From: Candidatus Iainarchaeum sp.
GTDB lineage: Archaea > Iainarchaeota > Iainarchaeia > Iainarchaeales > CSSED10-239
NCBI GenBank assembly: GCA_028700115.1
Contig: JAQVTI010000003.1
Coordinates: forward strand, 38,551 to 70,550
Direction of reading: 5' to 3'
Length of the DNA stretch: 32,000 bases
Shown: positions 1 through 9,794 of the stretch, in pieces
How the letters are laid out: each line of letters begins with the position of its first letter
How positions within the stretch are numbered: position 1 is the first letter of the stretch
Made by a program: the position numbers and the translations under genes
Notes under the pieces: generated by a model
Told to the model about the DNA's origin: nothing
The model's input: the letters and a program-made list of their open reading frames with translations, nothing else
Database searches by the model: none

Positions 1-431
1 TTTATTTATTTATTTTTCTAATTATTGGTTTTTTTATTGGTTTTTTTATTTTTAATAGCATATATTCTATCGGTAATTCTTCTAAAGTTTTAAATAATTC
101 TTTTCAATCTTTAGAAACAAATATTAATTCTTTTTATTTTTTAGAAACAAATGAAATATCTAAAGATTCATATGTTTTTATTGGAGGTAAAACTAATTTA
201 AATAATTTTGTTTATTTAGAAAAGGATTATTATAATTCAATTATTAAAAATAATATAACCGTAGAAAATGCTTTGAAGAAAAATAATAATCAACACAAAG
301 TTATTTTAGTTGGTTGTCATTGTATGAAAATTGAAAACGGTTATTATTTTATAGTAGGTAATTGTGATTGTAAAATATCACATTGTGATTATCAACAAAA
401 TTATATTTGTGAAACAGGAAATATTATGTGA
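1..431 (+). CDS. Membrane-anchored small Cys-rich protein, 5'-truncated at window edge (tandem paralog of 437-829)
   Basis: The frame is open from nt 3 to TGA 429-431; it is absent from the ORF track because its start lies off-window. My translation: YLFIFLIIGFFIGFFIFNSIYSIGNSSKVLNN...ENALKKNNNQHKVILVGCHCMKIENGYYFIVGNCDCKISHCDYQQNYICETGNIM. It has a hydrophobic N-terminal segment and a C-terminal CxC-x13-CDC-x4-C-x7-C pattern, both shared with the next gene. Confidence 0.55.
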   Translation, partial: YLFIFLIIGFFIGFFIFNSIYSIGNSSKVLNNSFQSLETNINSFYFLETNEISKDSYVFIGGKTNLNNFVYLEKDYYNSIIKNNITVENALKKNNNQHKVILVGCHCMKIENGYYFIVGNCDCKISHCDYQQNYICETGNIM

Positions 432-436
432 TTTTT

Positions 437-829
437 ATGGATCAAAAAATTCTTTTTATAATTTTATTAGGTTTTATTTTTGGTTTTTTAATTTGCTTTT
501 TTATATTTATCCAAGTTTCTAATTTAGGTTATTCTTCTAAGATTATTTCTAATAATTTGGATTATATTAATAATTCTAATTTATATAAGATTGAAATAAA
601 TAATAAAAATATTTTTATAGAAAATAATTATATTGAAGAATTTTTAAATAATTTGAATTTACAAGAAAATGCTTTAAAAAAATCAAAAAATAATAATATC
701 ATTTTAGAAAGATGTAAATGTGTTTTAACAAAAGACGATATTATTTATATTATGGAAACTTGTGATTGTGGTAGTAATTCTTGTCAAGAAATTAATGCTA
801 TTTGTAAAGATAGTATTTCAGTAGATTAA
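437..829 (+). CDS. Membrane-anchored small Cys-rich protein (tandem paralog)
   Basis: ORF track gives 428-829. I prefer ATG 437 because GTGAT at 428-432 looks like a Shine-Dalgarno 4 nt upstream. N-terminal TM ILFIILLGFIFGFLICFFIFI, conserved ENALKK, and C-terminal CKC-x13-CDC-x4-C-x6-C. Confidence 0.6.
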   Translation: MDQKILFIILLGFIFGFLICFFIFIQVSNLGYSSKIISNNLDYINNSNLYKIEINNKNIFIENNYIEEFLNNLNLQENALKKSKNNNIILERCKCVLTKDDIIYIMETCDCGSNSCQEINAICKDSISVD

Positions 830-845
830 TTTTTAGAGATTTTAT

Positions 846-1469
846 ATGTTTAATAAAAAAAATTTATTTTTAAGAATTTTTTATTTTTTAATAATTTTTT
901 TTATTTTCATATATTTATCATGTTTTCAAAGTTCGTTATCTATTTTATGGTTTTGTAAAATTTCAATAATTCTTTTAATTATTGCTTTAATTTCTAATTC
1001 TGATATTCTTTATAGTTGTGTTTTAATTTCTCAAAGTTTTGTTTTTTTAATTTTTTTATTAGAAGTTGTTTCTTTATTTTTATTTAATGTTTCTTTATTT
1101 AATTTATCTAATATTTATAATAATTTTTTTGATTGGATAATAAGTATTTTTTATCATGTAGTTATATTTTTAATTCCATTACATTTATTAATTTTAAAAA
1201 GAAAATTTATACAAGACACTTGGTTTTTGTCTTCTTTTTTATTTTTATTTTTTTCTGTAGTAATATATGTTATAGATAAATTTAATTTACCAATTGATGG
1301 GTCTATTAATTGTGTTTTTTCGTGTAATAATTTTGGAATTATAACTTATGCATATAATTTAATTTATCAATATATTCCAATTGCAAATTTTATTATAAAT
1401 TGGATCATTCTTTCTTTTTTATTCTACATTACTAGTTTATTTTTCGATAAAATTCTAAATAATAAATAA
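846..1469 (+). CDS. Polytopic membrane protein, unknown function
   Basis: 207-aa ORF made almost entirely of hydrophobic F/I/L-rich segments, giving several predicted TM helices. I recognised no catalytic motif. Confidence 0.55.
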   Translation: MFNKKNLFLRIFYFLIIFFIFIYLSCFQSSLSILWFCKISIILLIIALISNSDILYSCVLISQSFVFLIFLLEVVSLFLFNVSLFNLSNIYNNFFDWIISIFYHVVIFLIPLHLLILKRKFIQDTWFLSSFLFLFFSVVIYVIDKFNLPIDGSINCVFSCNNFGIITYAYNLIYQYIPIANFIINWIILSFLFYITSLFFDKILNNK

Positions 1470-1484
1470 ATTTTTATATTTAAA

Positions 1485-3692
1485 TTATCTTGCTAATAAC
1501 TCTTCTTTATCACTATTGTTTTTTTTATTTTCCTTTATCGCTATTTTAAAATGTTTTTTTGTAATTTTATTTGTGTCCAAGTTATTTTGTATTGCTTCTC
1601 TTACTGCATTCATACCAGCGTCTCTACAAATTGAATATATATCTGCTCCAGATAGTCCTTCTGTTTCATTTATTAGTTCTTTTAAATTTATATTTTTATC
1701 TGTGTTCATATCTTTAATATATATTTCGAATATTTTTTCTCTTGATTTTTCATCTGGCAAAGGAATTTCTAATTTTATGTCAAATCTTCCTGGTCTTAAA
1801 AAAGCAGGATCAACAATATCTATTCTATTTGTAGCACCTACTACAATTATGTCTTTTAATTTTGATATTCCATCCATTTCAGTTAAGATTTGTGCTACAA
1901 CATTATTACTTGATATATTGTTTTCTGTATTAAATCTAGTTTTTGTAATTGCATCAATTTCATCAAAAAATATTATAGTTGGTGCTAATTGTCTTGCTTT
2001 TTTAAAAATATTTCTTATTTTTTTTTCAGATTCTCCAACCCATTTATTAAATATTTCTGGTCCTTTTACAGATATAAAATTAGCATTACTTTCATTTGCA
2101 ATTGCTTTTGCTATTAAAGTTTTTCCTGTTCCAGGAGGTCCATATAATAAAACTCCTGATGGTGGGATTACTCCTGTTTCTTTAAATTTATCATAATATT
2201 TTATAGGCCATTCAATCATTTCTTTTAATTTTTCTTTTTGTTTTTCAAGTCCTCCAATATCGTTCCATTTTATTTTTGGAATTTGAACTTGTATTTCTCT
2301 AATCCCAGATGGTTCTACAACATTTAATGCTTCTTGAAAATCTTTATTTGTAATTATTAATTCTTCTAATATTTCTTTTGAAAGATTTTTATTTTGTTCT
2401 TTATTTATTTTTGGCATTAGTCTTTTTATTGATTTTAATGCTGCTTCTTTACATAATGCATTTAAATCTGCTCCTGTAAAACCATTGGTTTTTTCTATAA
2501 TTTCATTTAAATCTACATCTTTAGATAATGGCATCCCTCTTATATGAACTGTTAATATTTCTTTTCTTGAATTTTTATCTGGTATATTAATTTCTATTTC
2601 TCTATCAAATCTACCTGGTCTTCTAAGTGCAGGATCTAATGAATCTGGTATATTAGTAGCACCTATTACTACTACTTTTCCTCTAGAGTTTAATCCATCC
2701 ATTAATGTTAAAAGTTGTGCTACAATTCTTTTTTCAGTTTCATTATTCATTTCTTCTCTTTTTGGTGCAATTGCATCTATTTCATCTATAAATATTATAG
2801 ATGGTGCTTTTTCTTCTGCTTCTTTAAATATATTTCTTAAATTTTCTTCAGATTTTCCATATATACCTGAAACAATTTCTGGTCCATTAATTGTTGTAAA
2901 ATAAGCATCTGTTTCTGATGCAACTGCTTTTGCTAAAAGAGTTTTTCCTGTTCCAGGAGGTCCATAAAGTAAAACTCCTTTAGGTGAAGATATTCCTAAT
3001 TTTTTAAAAATTTCTGGTCTTCTTATAGGTAATTCTACCATCTCTCTAATAGTTTCTATTTCTTTTTTTAATCCACCTATATCGTCATAAGTTATATTTG
3101 TTGAGTTAGAATTTGTTTTTTCTGAAATTATTAATTTTGTATTATTTGTTATTTTTACAACTCCTAATGGAATTGTTTTTGTAACTATTAATTGTAATTT
3201 GTATTCTCCTTTTGGAGTTTGGAATTTTATTCCAGGGATTTTTATTATATTATTTTCAATTATATTTTGATTATTTATTTTGTCTTTTACAAATCCAAAA
3301 TAATCTTTTTGAGTTAATATTTTTTTTATTTCTGTAATATTATTTTCATCCATTCCTTGTTCAATTACAGGTGCTACTGTAATTGTTTTTGCTTCTTGTA
3401 CGTTTGTTTTTTCTATAAATACACTTTCATCTATTGCAACTCCCGCATTATATCTTAATATTCCATCTATTTTAATTATATTTAAACTAGTATCTTCTAT
3501 TTTTCCTTTTGTTGCATATGCTACCGCTTTTTTATTACTGTTTATTCCTTCTATTAAAATTATATCGCCTATAGATAGTTTCATTTTTTCAAATACTGCT
3601 GGATCAATTTTTGCAATTCCTTTTCCAACATCTGAAATGTTTGTTTCTTTTACAGTTAATATAATTTTTTCTTTTGGTTGCATATTTTTCAC
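1485..3692 (-). CDS. cdc48: CDC48/VCP-type AAA+ ATPase (two AAA domains)
   Basis: 735 aa. The N-domain-like start is [36 protein letters not shown]. There are two Walker A motifs ([15 protein letters not shown] and [15 protein letters not shown]), two Walker B motifs (IIFIDEIDA and IIFFDEIDA), and RPGRFD arginine-finger regions in both domains. Confidence 0.95.
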   Translation of the reverse strand: MKNMQPKEKIILTVKETNISDVGKGIAKIDPAVFEKMKLSIGDIILIEGINSNKKAVAYATKGKIEDTSLNIIKIDGILRYNAGVAIDESVFIEKTNVQEAKTITVAPVIEQGMDENNITEIKKILTQKDYFGFVKDKINNQNIIENNIIKIPGIKFQTPKGEYKLQLIVTKTIPLGVVKITNNTKLIISEKTNSNSTNITYDDIGGLKKEIETIREMVELPIRRPEIFKKLGISSPKGVLLYGPPGTGKTLLAKAVASETDAYFTTINGPEIVSGIYGKSEENLRNIFKEAEEKAPSIIFIDEIDAIAPKREEMNNETEKRIVAQLLTLMDGLNSRGKVVVIGATNIPDSLDPALRRPGRFDREIEINIPDKNSRKEILTVHIRGMPLSKDVDLNEIIEKTNGFTGADLNALCKEAALKSIKRLMPKINKEQNKNLSKEILEELIITNKDFQEALNVVEPSGIREIQVQIPKIKWNDIGGLEKQKEKLKEMIEWPIKYYDKFKETGVIPPSGVLLYGPPGTGKTLIAKAIANESNANFISVKGPEIFNKWVGESEKKIRNIFKKARQLAPTIIFFDEIDAITKTRFNTENNISSNNVVAQILTEMDGISKLKDIIVVGATNRIDIVDPAFLRPGRFDIKLEIPLPDEKSREKIFEIYIKDMNTDKNINLKELINETEGLSGADIYSICRDAGMNAVREAIQNNLDTNKITKKHFKIAIKENKKNNSDKEELLAR

Positions 3693-3803
3693 ATTTATTT
3701 ATTTATTTAAGATGTATATTTATTTGTTTTAAATATGTATCTTTAAATTTATTTTATTATATATATTATTGAAAAATAATTTTAAAAGTTTTTTTATATA
3801 TTT

Positions 3804-4688
3804 TTAGTCAAATTGATTAATTTTATCTAAGAATTCTTTACTATATATAAAATCTATTAATTTATCTAAATTTCCATAATATTTTTTAAAGAATATTTTA
3901 GAATATATTATACCTTGAATATAAGGGTTATTTAAATCATTTATTTTTGGGGTTTGATTTTTTCCAATTTGTAATCTAGTATTTATTACATTTGTTATAA
4001 ATTCTATAAAAAATTCGTTTTTTGCTAATGCTTTTTGATTATTTTTATTAAATGCTATGTGCATTAATTCATGAACTAATGTTTGTGGGGATGTATTAAT
4101 TAATCTAATTTCATTTGTTATTGGATTTGCATCTCCTAATATTTTATTTACTTGTTTTTGTTCTAATAATTTGTTAATTATTTCTGCTAATTCAATTATA
4201 TCTGTTTTATATACTGCATGTTTAATTTGGCTATAAACATCTAATTTTGATATTTTTAGTGTTTCTAAAAAAGATGTGCTTTTAATAAGTTTTGTTTTTA
4301 TTAATTCTTCTGATATTTTTTTACAAATATTTTTCATATATACTATTTCATTTTTATTAAAATTAGTTGGTTTATATCCTTTTTTTTTAAGTATTGATTT
4401 TATACTTTTTGATAAATATACACCTATTTTATATTTTGTAAATATTTTTATATTTTCTATTTCTTTTAATGGTACTTTTATTTTATCAAATTGTTGTATA
4501 TATTCTTCATATTCTTTTATTGCTTGTTCTTTTTTATTAATATATATTAATTTAATAAATTTATTTGCAATTTCATTAGGTGAAATATTTTTTGTAAGTT
4601 GATTTCTAATTTCTTTAGTTTTAATTTTTTTTTTTAATTCATCTATTTTATATTTTTTATCTTTAAATTTATTATTTTTTGGATTCAT
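3804..4688 (-). CDS. Lys-rich HExxH protein, putative minimal zincin metalloprotease
   Basis: 294 aa. Its ATG (rc of 4686-4688) lies 17 nt inside the 3' end of the topoisomerase gene. The motif is GDANPITNEIRLINTSPQTLVHELMHIAF...KNEFFIE, i.e. HExxH plus an acidic residue about 19 positions after the first His. The N-terminus is very basic (KFKDKKYKIDELKKKIKTKE). The family was not identified. Confidence 0.55.
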   Translation of the reverse strand: MNPKNNKFKDKKYKIDELKKKIKTKEIRNQLTKNISPNEIANKFIKLIYINKKEQAIKEYEEYIQQFDKIKVPLKEIENIKIFTKYKIGVYLSKSIKSILKKKGYKPTNFNKNEIVYMKNICKKISEELIKTKLIKSTSFLETLKISKLDVYSQIKHAVYKTDIIELAEIINKLLEQKQVNKILGDANPITNEIRLINTSPQTLVHELMHIAFNKNNQKALAKNEFFIEFITNVINTRLQIGKNQTPKINDLNNPYIQGIIYSKIFFKKYYGNLDKLIDFIYSKEFLDKINQFD

Positions 4689-6738
4689 TTTTTTCTGTTT
4701 CCATTTTTTCTTTTCTTTTTTTTAAATATTCTTCTTTACTTTTACATTTTGGATTTAAACACATTTCTATATCTGAGTTTCTTTTACCTATAATTAAAAC
4801 AATTGGTTCATTACATATTTCACATATTTTTCCTGTTGCTTTAATATTTTTTTTCTGAGGTAAAGGATAAGTATTTCTACATGATGGAAATCCAGTACAG
4901 GCAACAAATTGTTTTCCTGTTTTTCCATATCTAATTATCAAATCTTTTCCACATTTAGGGCATTTTCCAATATAATTTGTTTGGTTTATTCCCCCTTTTA
5001 GTTCTTTTGAAATATTTTCTTTTTCATCTAATAAAACTTTAACTACTTTATGTAATATATTTCTATTTTCATTTACAACTTCTTCTTTTTCTTTTTTTCC
5101 TGTTGCAATTTTTTCCATTTCTTCTTCTGTGTCTGCAGTTAATTTTGGTTTTGTAATTATATTTGCATGTTTATTTAAAACAGAGCATACAGATATTGCA
5201 ATTTCTGTAGGGTCTACTGTTTTTTTTCCTTCAATATAATTTCTATCTCTTAATTTTTGAATTATTGCTGGTCTTGTTGATTTTGTTCCTAAATTTTGGT
5301 CTTCCATTAATTTGATTAAACCTCCTTCTGTATATCTTGATGGGGGCATTGTTTCTTTTTCATCAATATTTATTTTTTCAATATTTATTTGTTCTCCTTT
5401 TTCTAAGTTTGGTAATATTATTTCATTTAGTTTAGAAAAAGTATATATTGTTTTCCAACCTGGTTCTAGTATAGTTTGTCCATTAACAATAAATGGCTCT
5501 TTTTTTATTTCAATTATTGCAGATATATTTTCTGTTTTTGCATCTATTGATAATGTTGCCATAAATCTTCTTGCAATTAAATCATATATTTTTCTTTCAG
5601 GTCCAGATAAATCTGGTGCAAATTCAACTGGATGTATTGGAGGGTGGTCTGTTGTTTTTTTATTTCCTTTTGATGGATTTAATGGTTTTTTAAGAATTTC
5701 TTCTACAAATTTATAATATTCTTTAAATAATTTTAATTTTCCAAGTATTTCTTTTAAATTTAAACTTTCAGGATAAACTGTATTATCAGTTCTAGGATAA
5801 CTAATAAATCCATTTTGATATAAATTTTCTGCAATAGACATTGCTTTATTAGTACTTATTCCAATAGCACTTGCAGCTCTAAGAAAAGAAGTTGTATTAA
5901 ATGGTTCAGGTCTTTTAATAATTTTATTATTTTTACTTATTTTTGTAACAATTCCTTGTTTTTCTTTTTTTATATTTTCAAATATTAAATTTGCTTTTTC
6001 TAAGTCAAAAATTTTATTTTCTTTATATAATCCTTCAAATAAGTTTTTTCTTTTTTCAAAAATAGCATTTATAACTTTATATTTTTCTTTTTTAAATTTT
6101 TGTCTATCTAATTCTCTTTCAACTATTAAGTTTAAAAGAGGTGTTTGTACTCTTCCTGCTGATAAAAACATTTTTCCTTTTCTGTTTGCAACAATTGATA
6201 AATATCTTGTAAGTATTGCCCCCCAAAGTAAATCTATTTCTTGTCTTGCAAAAACAGAATTTGCATAATTAAAATCTAATTTTCTAAGATTTGAAAATGC
6301 GTCATTTACTTCCTTTTCTGTAAGTGCACTAAAATATGCTCTTTTTAAATTTGCATTTGGGTTTTTTAATTTTATATAATTATATGCTTCTAATCCAATT
6401 GCTTCTCCTTCCCTATCTGCATCTGTTGCAATTATTATTTCTGTTAATTCTTTTCTTTCTTTTTTTAAGATATTTATTATTTTTTTTTCAACTTCTTTAT
6501 ATAAAAATTTTTTATCTGCAAGTAAATCAAGAGTATATAAACTCCAAAATTTATCTCCATCTATGAAATCAACTGTATTGATATGTCCTCTAAGTGGAAC
6601 TAACAGAATTTTTTCATTTTTTTCTTTAAAGAAAAAGCAATTTATTCCATTTTCATTTAAAGTTTCAAAATTATTTTTTGAAAGAATTTGTACAATTTTT
6701 TTTCCAGCAATAGCTTTTTCAGAAATAATTAATTTCAT
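4672..6738 (-). CDS. topA: DNA topoisomerase, type IA (TopA/Topo III-like) with C-terminal zinc ribbons
   Basis: 688 aa. TOPRIM region MKLIISEKAIAGKKI...IIATDADREGEAIG; active-site region ISYPRTDN; C-terminal CPKCGKDL...ACTGFPSC and CEICNEP...CLNPKC zinc-ribbon motifs. Confidence 0.92.
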   Translation of the reverse strand: MKLIISEKAIAGKKIVQILSKNNFETLNENGINCFFFKEKNEKILLVPLRGHINTVDFIDGDKFWSLYTLDLLADKKFLYKEVEKKIINILKKERKELTEIIIATDADREGEAIGLEAYNYIKLKNPNANLKRAYFSALTEKEVNDAFSNLRKLDFNYANSVFARQEIDLLWGAILTRYLSIVANRKGKMFLSAGRVQTPLLNLIVERELDRQKFKKEKYKVINAIFEKRKNLFEGLYKENKIFDLEKANLIFENIKKEKQGIVTKISKNNKIIKRPEPFNTTSFLRAASAIGISTNKAMSIAENLYQNGFISYPRTDNTVYPESLNLKEILGKLKLFKEYYKFVEEILKKPLNPSKGNKKTTDHPPIHPVEFAPDLSGPERKIYDLIARRFMATLSIDAKTENISAIIEIKKEPFIVNGQTILEPGWKTIYTFSKLNEIILPNLEKGEQINIEKINIDEKETMPPSRYTEGGLIKLMEDQNLGTKSTRPAIIQKLRDRNYIEGKKTVDPTEIAISVCSVLNKHANIITKPKLTADTEEEMEKIATGKKEKEEVVNENRNILHKVVKVLLDEKENISKELKGGINQTNYIGKCPKCGKDLIIRYGKTGKQFVACTGFPSCRNTYPLPQKKNIKATGKICEICNEPIVLIIGKRNSDIEMCLNPKCKSKEEYLKKRKEKMETEKNESKK

Positions 6739-6760
6739 TTTTAAAACAACCTTTATATTC

Positions 6761-7231
6761 TTAGAAAGTAGTTTGTATTATTTTTCCAGGTAAATTTTTA
6801 CTTTTTTTTTGTTCTTTTATTTCTGTAAGTGTATTTATTTTTATAATTCCATCTATTGAAAAAATATTATCTAATACTTTTTTTAAATCTGCTTTGTCTT
6901 CTGCAATTATTTTTGCAATATAATTATATTCTCCAGTTACTTCTATAAGTTTTATAACATCATCATTTTCTTTTAATTTTTTTAAAATTTCTTTTTGTTT
7001 AGGAGGGTCTACGCATATTAATAAATCTACTATTTCTAAAAAACCTATTATTGAATAGTCTATTTCTGCATATATAGATTTAATTATTCCTTTTTGTTTT
7101 AATCTTTCTAATCTTTTTTTAATAGCCACATCTGTGAGATTTATATCTTTTGCAATATTTGCAAATGAGGTTCTTCCATCTATTATTAATTTTTCAATAA
7201 TATGTTTGTCAATTTTATCTATAATTTGCAT
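6761..7231 (-). CDS. Lrp/AsnC family transcriptional regulator
   Basis: 156 aa. N-terminal HTH IDKHIIEKLIIDGRTSFANIAKDINLTDVAIKKRLERLKQKGIIK followed by a RAM-like C-terminal domain. It sits 22 nt upstream of topA on the same strand. Confidence 0.85.
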   Translation of the reverse strand: MQIIDKIDKHIIEKLIIDGRTSFANIAKDINLTDVAIKKRLERLKQKGIIKSIYAEIDYSIIGFLEIVDLLICVDPPKQKEILKKLKENDDVIKLIEVTGEYNYIAKIIAEDKADLKKVLDNIFSIDGIIKINTLTEIKEQKKSKNLPGKIIQTTF

Positions 7232-7237
7232 ATCTTT

Positions 7238-7978
7238 TCACATCTTATATTTTTTTATTTTTTTAAATTGATGTTTTGGTTTTAATAATTTATATTTATT
7301 TAAATATATTTCTGTTTTTAAAATTTCTATAAATGGAATTACAAATAAAACAAAGTATGCAGTAGATATAATAATCCCTAATATTTCTTTAAATAATGCA
7401 TCTAATATATTTGCAATTAATATTAATATAAATGATGTTAAAAAAAGTGTAATTAAATGTTGCCAATTATTTTTCCAATAAATTATGCTGTAATACATAG
7501 CAATTGGTGTTTTTTCTTTTTGTATAATTATTATTTGAGGTACAAACCATAAACTTATTGTAATTATTAAAAATAATATATTTATAATTATATTATTTAA
7601 TAAATTTAAATCATATAATACTACTGAAATTCCATATATTAATAAAAATAAGATCCAATTAAATTTTAAAAGTTTATAAAATGGATCTTTTATTTCATTA
7701 AATTTAATATTTTCAGAAATATTATAATCTTTTCCAATTTTATAAATTATCATTGTTTGTATTAATGAATATATAAATATTAAAATTAATACTGCAATTA
7801 TTCCAAAAATAATACTAAATATATCTATATTCAGAATATTGTAACTAATATTTAAAGTTCCTCCAAATAGAGAAAAAATTGGGTTTATTAAAAATAATAT
7901 AAATATAAATAAAACTCCAAAAAGTAAACTTATTTTTAAATTTTCAAAATATTTTTTAAAGCTTAAATTTATATCCAT
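7238..7978 (-). CDS. Polytopic membrane protein, unknown function
   Basis: 246-aa ORF with multiple hydrophobic helices. It ends 6 nt before the Lrp start, so it is likely co-transcribed. Confidence 0.55.
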   Translation of the reverse strand: MDINLSFKKYFENLKISLLFGVLFIFILFLINPIFSLFGGTLNISYNILNIDIFSIIFGIIAVLILIFIYSLIQTMIIYKIGKDYNISENIKFNEIKDPFYKLLKFNWILFLLIYGISVVLYDLNLLNNIIINILFLIITISLWFVPQIIIIQKEKTPIAMYYSIIYWKNNWQHLITLFLTSFILILIANILDALFKEILGIIISTAYFVLFVIPFIEILKTEIYLNKYKLLKPKHQFKKIKKYKM

Positions 7979-8075
7979 AAAAAATTCTCTTTATTTTATT
8001 TTATATATTATATTTATATATACAAAATTATTTAAATACCTAACATTATCCTTAAATATAATTAGTTTTAATAAC

Positions 8076-9287
8076 TTAAGCTATTAAATAGTATGTAGAA
8101 CAATTTTTAATTTTTAATTTTTTCATTTTATATAATGTACATTTATTTTTTGTAACTACTGTTATATAGTTATTAGTTCTTCCAGTAAATGTATTGTTTT
8201 TCCCTTTTTGGTTAATAAATACATCTAATGTTTTTCCAATATATTTTTTGTTTTCTTCATATACTATTTTTTCACAAATTTTTGTGATTTCTCTAGATCT
8301 TTGTTTTTTTATATTTCCTTTTAAATCTACATATTTATTTGCTTCAATATTTTTTCTTTGTCCAAATCTAGATATGTTTATTATTTTAGGTTTTATTTTT
8401 TTAATAAATTTTAATGTATCTATAAATTGATCATTATCTTCTGTAGGGTACCCTACAATTATATCTGTTGCAATTGTAATATCTGGTATTTCTTTTCTAA
8501 ATTCTTGTATAATGTATTCAACTTCTTCAATTGTATAATATCTATTCATTTCTTTTAGTACTTTATTATTTCCACTTTGAATAGGTATGTGTAAAAATTT
8601 ATATATTTTTTCATTTTTATAAATTTGAATTAATTCTTTTAAAAATAGTTTTATATATTGTGGATTTCCCATCCCATTTCTAATTTTAAATTCTTTTTTT
8701 ATTTTTGTAATTTCTTTTAATAATTCTACAATATTTGTATTTATATCAAAACCATAACATGCATTATCTTGGGATGTTAATAATATTTCCTTAGCCCCAT
8801 TTTTTAATGCACTGTTTATTTCTTTTAAAATTTTATTAATTGGTTTGCTTTTTAGTTTTCCTCTTGCAAATTTTACTGCACAATATGCACAATTTCCAAG
8901 GCATCCATTTGATATTATAATTATTTCTGTTTTTTTTTGTTTTGTTTTTATTTTTTTTACAGTTCTTATTTCTTTTTGTAATTTTTTAATTTCTTTTACT
9001 TTAAAATATTTTGCATTTGGTAAAACTTCTTTTATTGATAAGATATCTATATCTACAAGACATCCACAAACATATATATTTTTTTCAGAAACTTTTTTTT
9101 TTATTTTTTTTAAAAAATTTATAATTTTTGTTTGTGTTTGTTCTTTTACTCCACATGTATTTACTATTAATTTATCTTTTTTAGTAATATTTTCTATTTT
9201 TGTTTCTATTGCTATGTTTTTTGTGATTTCTTCACTATCTTTTTGGTTTAATGTACATCCAAATGTTTTTATAAATATTTTTTGCAT
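8076..9287 (-). CDS. Archaeal-type MiaB-like tRNA methylthiotransferase (radical SAM with TRAM-like C-terminus)
   Basis: N-terminal UPF0004-type start MQKIFIKTFGCTLNQKDSE, radical SAM cluster CLGNCAYC, and C-terminal GKTLDVFINQKG...TGRTNNY. The ORF track starts at TTG 9317. I prefer ATG at 9287-9285 because the family normally begins at MxKxxIxTFGC. Confidence 0.85.
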   Translation of the reverse strand: MQKIFIKTFGCTLNQKDSEEITKNIAIETKIENITKKDKLIVNTCGVKEQTQTKIINFLKKIKKKVSEKNIYVCGCLVDIDILSIKEVLPNAKYFKVKEIKKLQKEIRTVKKIKTKQKKTEIIIISNGCLGNCAYCAVKFARGKLKSKPINKILKEINSALKNGAKEILLTSQDNACYGFDINTNIVELLKEITKIKKEFKIRNGMGNPQYIKLFLKELIQIYKNEKIYKFLHIPIQSGNNKVLKEMNRYYTIEEVEYIIQEFRKEIPDITIATDIIVGYPTEDNDQFIDTLKFIKKIKPKIINISRFGQRKNIEANKYVDLKGNIKKQRSREITKICEKIVYEENKKYIGKTLDVFINQKGKNNTFTGRTNNYITVVTKNKCTLYKMKKLKIKNCSTYYLIA

Positions 9288-9294
9288 ATTATCT

Positions 9295-9681
9295 TTATTT
9301 ATTTGAAAGTATCCCAAATATTCCTGAAATGATTAATTCTAAATATGCTGAATCTAAGAGTATTTTAAAAAAAGGGTATTTTATAGGCATATTATTTAAT
9401 ATTTTTAAACTATTCCAATAAAAGAAAAATGTTGCAATTAAAAAACATAATATACCAATTATAAAAAATATTATTGAAAAATAATATTTGTTTTTTAGAT
9501 TTATATATTTCATTATAGTGGGTGTTAAATAATACATCCCCCCAAATCCTACAATTGGTAGAAGTATGTACATTGGAGATGTGAAAAAATTAGTCGGAGA
9601 TAATATTTTTATTAATATTTGTGAAAATGCATATGATATTATAAATATTATAATTAATTTTAAATTTATTTTTTTATTCAT
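9295..9681 (-). CDS. Small membrane protein, unknown function
   Basis: 128 aa with about 4 hydrophobic helices. Its stop lies 7 nt upstream of the methylthiotransferase ATG. Confidence 0.5.
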   Translation of the reverse strand: MNKKINLKLIIIFIISYAFSQILIKILSPTNFFTSPMYILLPIVGFGGMYYLTPTIMKYINLKNKYYFSIIFFIIGILCFLIATFFFYWNSLKILNNMPIKYPFFKILLDSAYLELIISGIFGILSNK

Positions 9682-9794
9682 GATAATTCCTCAAACAAAA
9701 TCTATAAATATTAGTTTGTGAAAAGAAATATAAATATATTGGGTTATTATTAAAATATAAATATTTAAAATATATTATATAATGTGATTTTTTT

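Noticed and set aside
1516-2196. 226-aa plus-strand ORF inside the CDC48 gene
   Set aside because: It is antisense to a strongly supported AAA+ ATPase CDS. The product is F/I/L/S-rich low-complexity sequence, typical of shadow ORFs in AT-rich DNA, with no motifs.
4276-6793. Plus-strand ORFs 4276-4602, 5312-5716, 6336-6566 and 6563-6793
   Set aside because: All lie antisense to the HExxH, topA and Lrp genes. The products are hydrophobic low-complexity sequence with no start context or motifs, so these are shadow ORFs.
8194-9306. Plus-strand ORFs 8194-8430 and 8845-9306
   Set aside because: They are antisense to the well-supported methylthiotransferase CDS and are shadow ORFs.
9288-9317. TTG start at 9317 for the methylthiotransferase (as in the ORF track), which would overlap the upstream membrane gene by 23 nt
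   Set aside because: The family normally starts at MxKxxIxTFGC. ATG at 9287-9285 gives exactly that (MQKIFIKTFGC) and removes the overlap, so the extension MGYFQINKDN is probably not translated.
9682-9794. Divergent strand switch as a possible replication origin: all genes to the left are on the minus strand and all to the right on the plus strand, with RFC adjacent
   Set aside because: The intergenic region is only 113 bp and shows no ORB-like repeated elements. There is no orc1/cdc6 gene nearby. The apparent skew is explained by gene orientation, and I cannot compute cumulative skew here.
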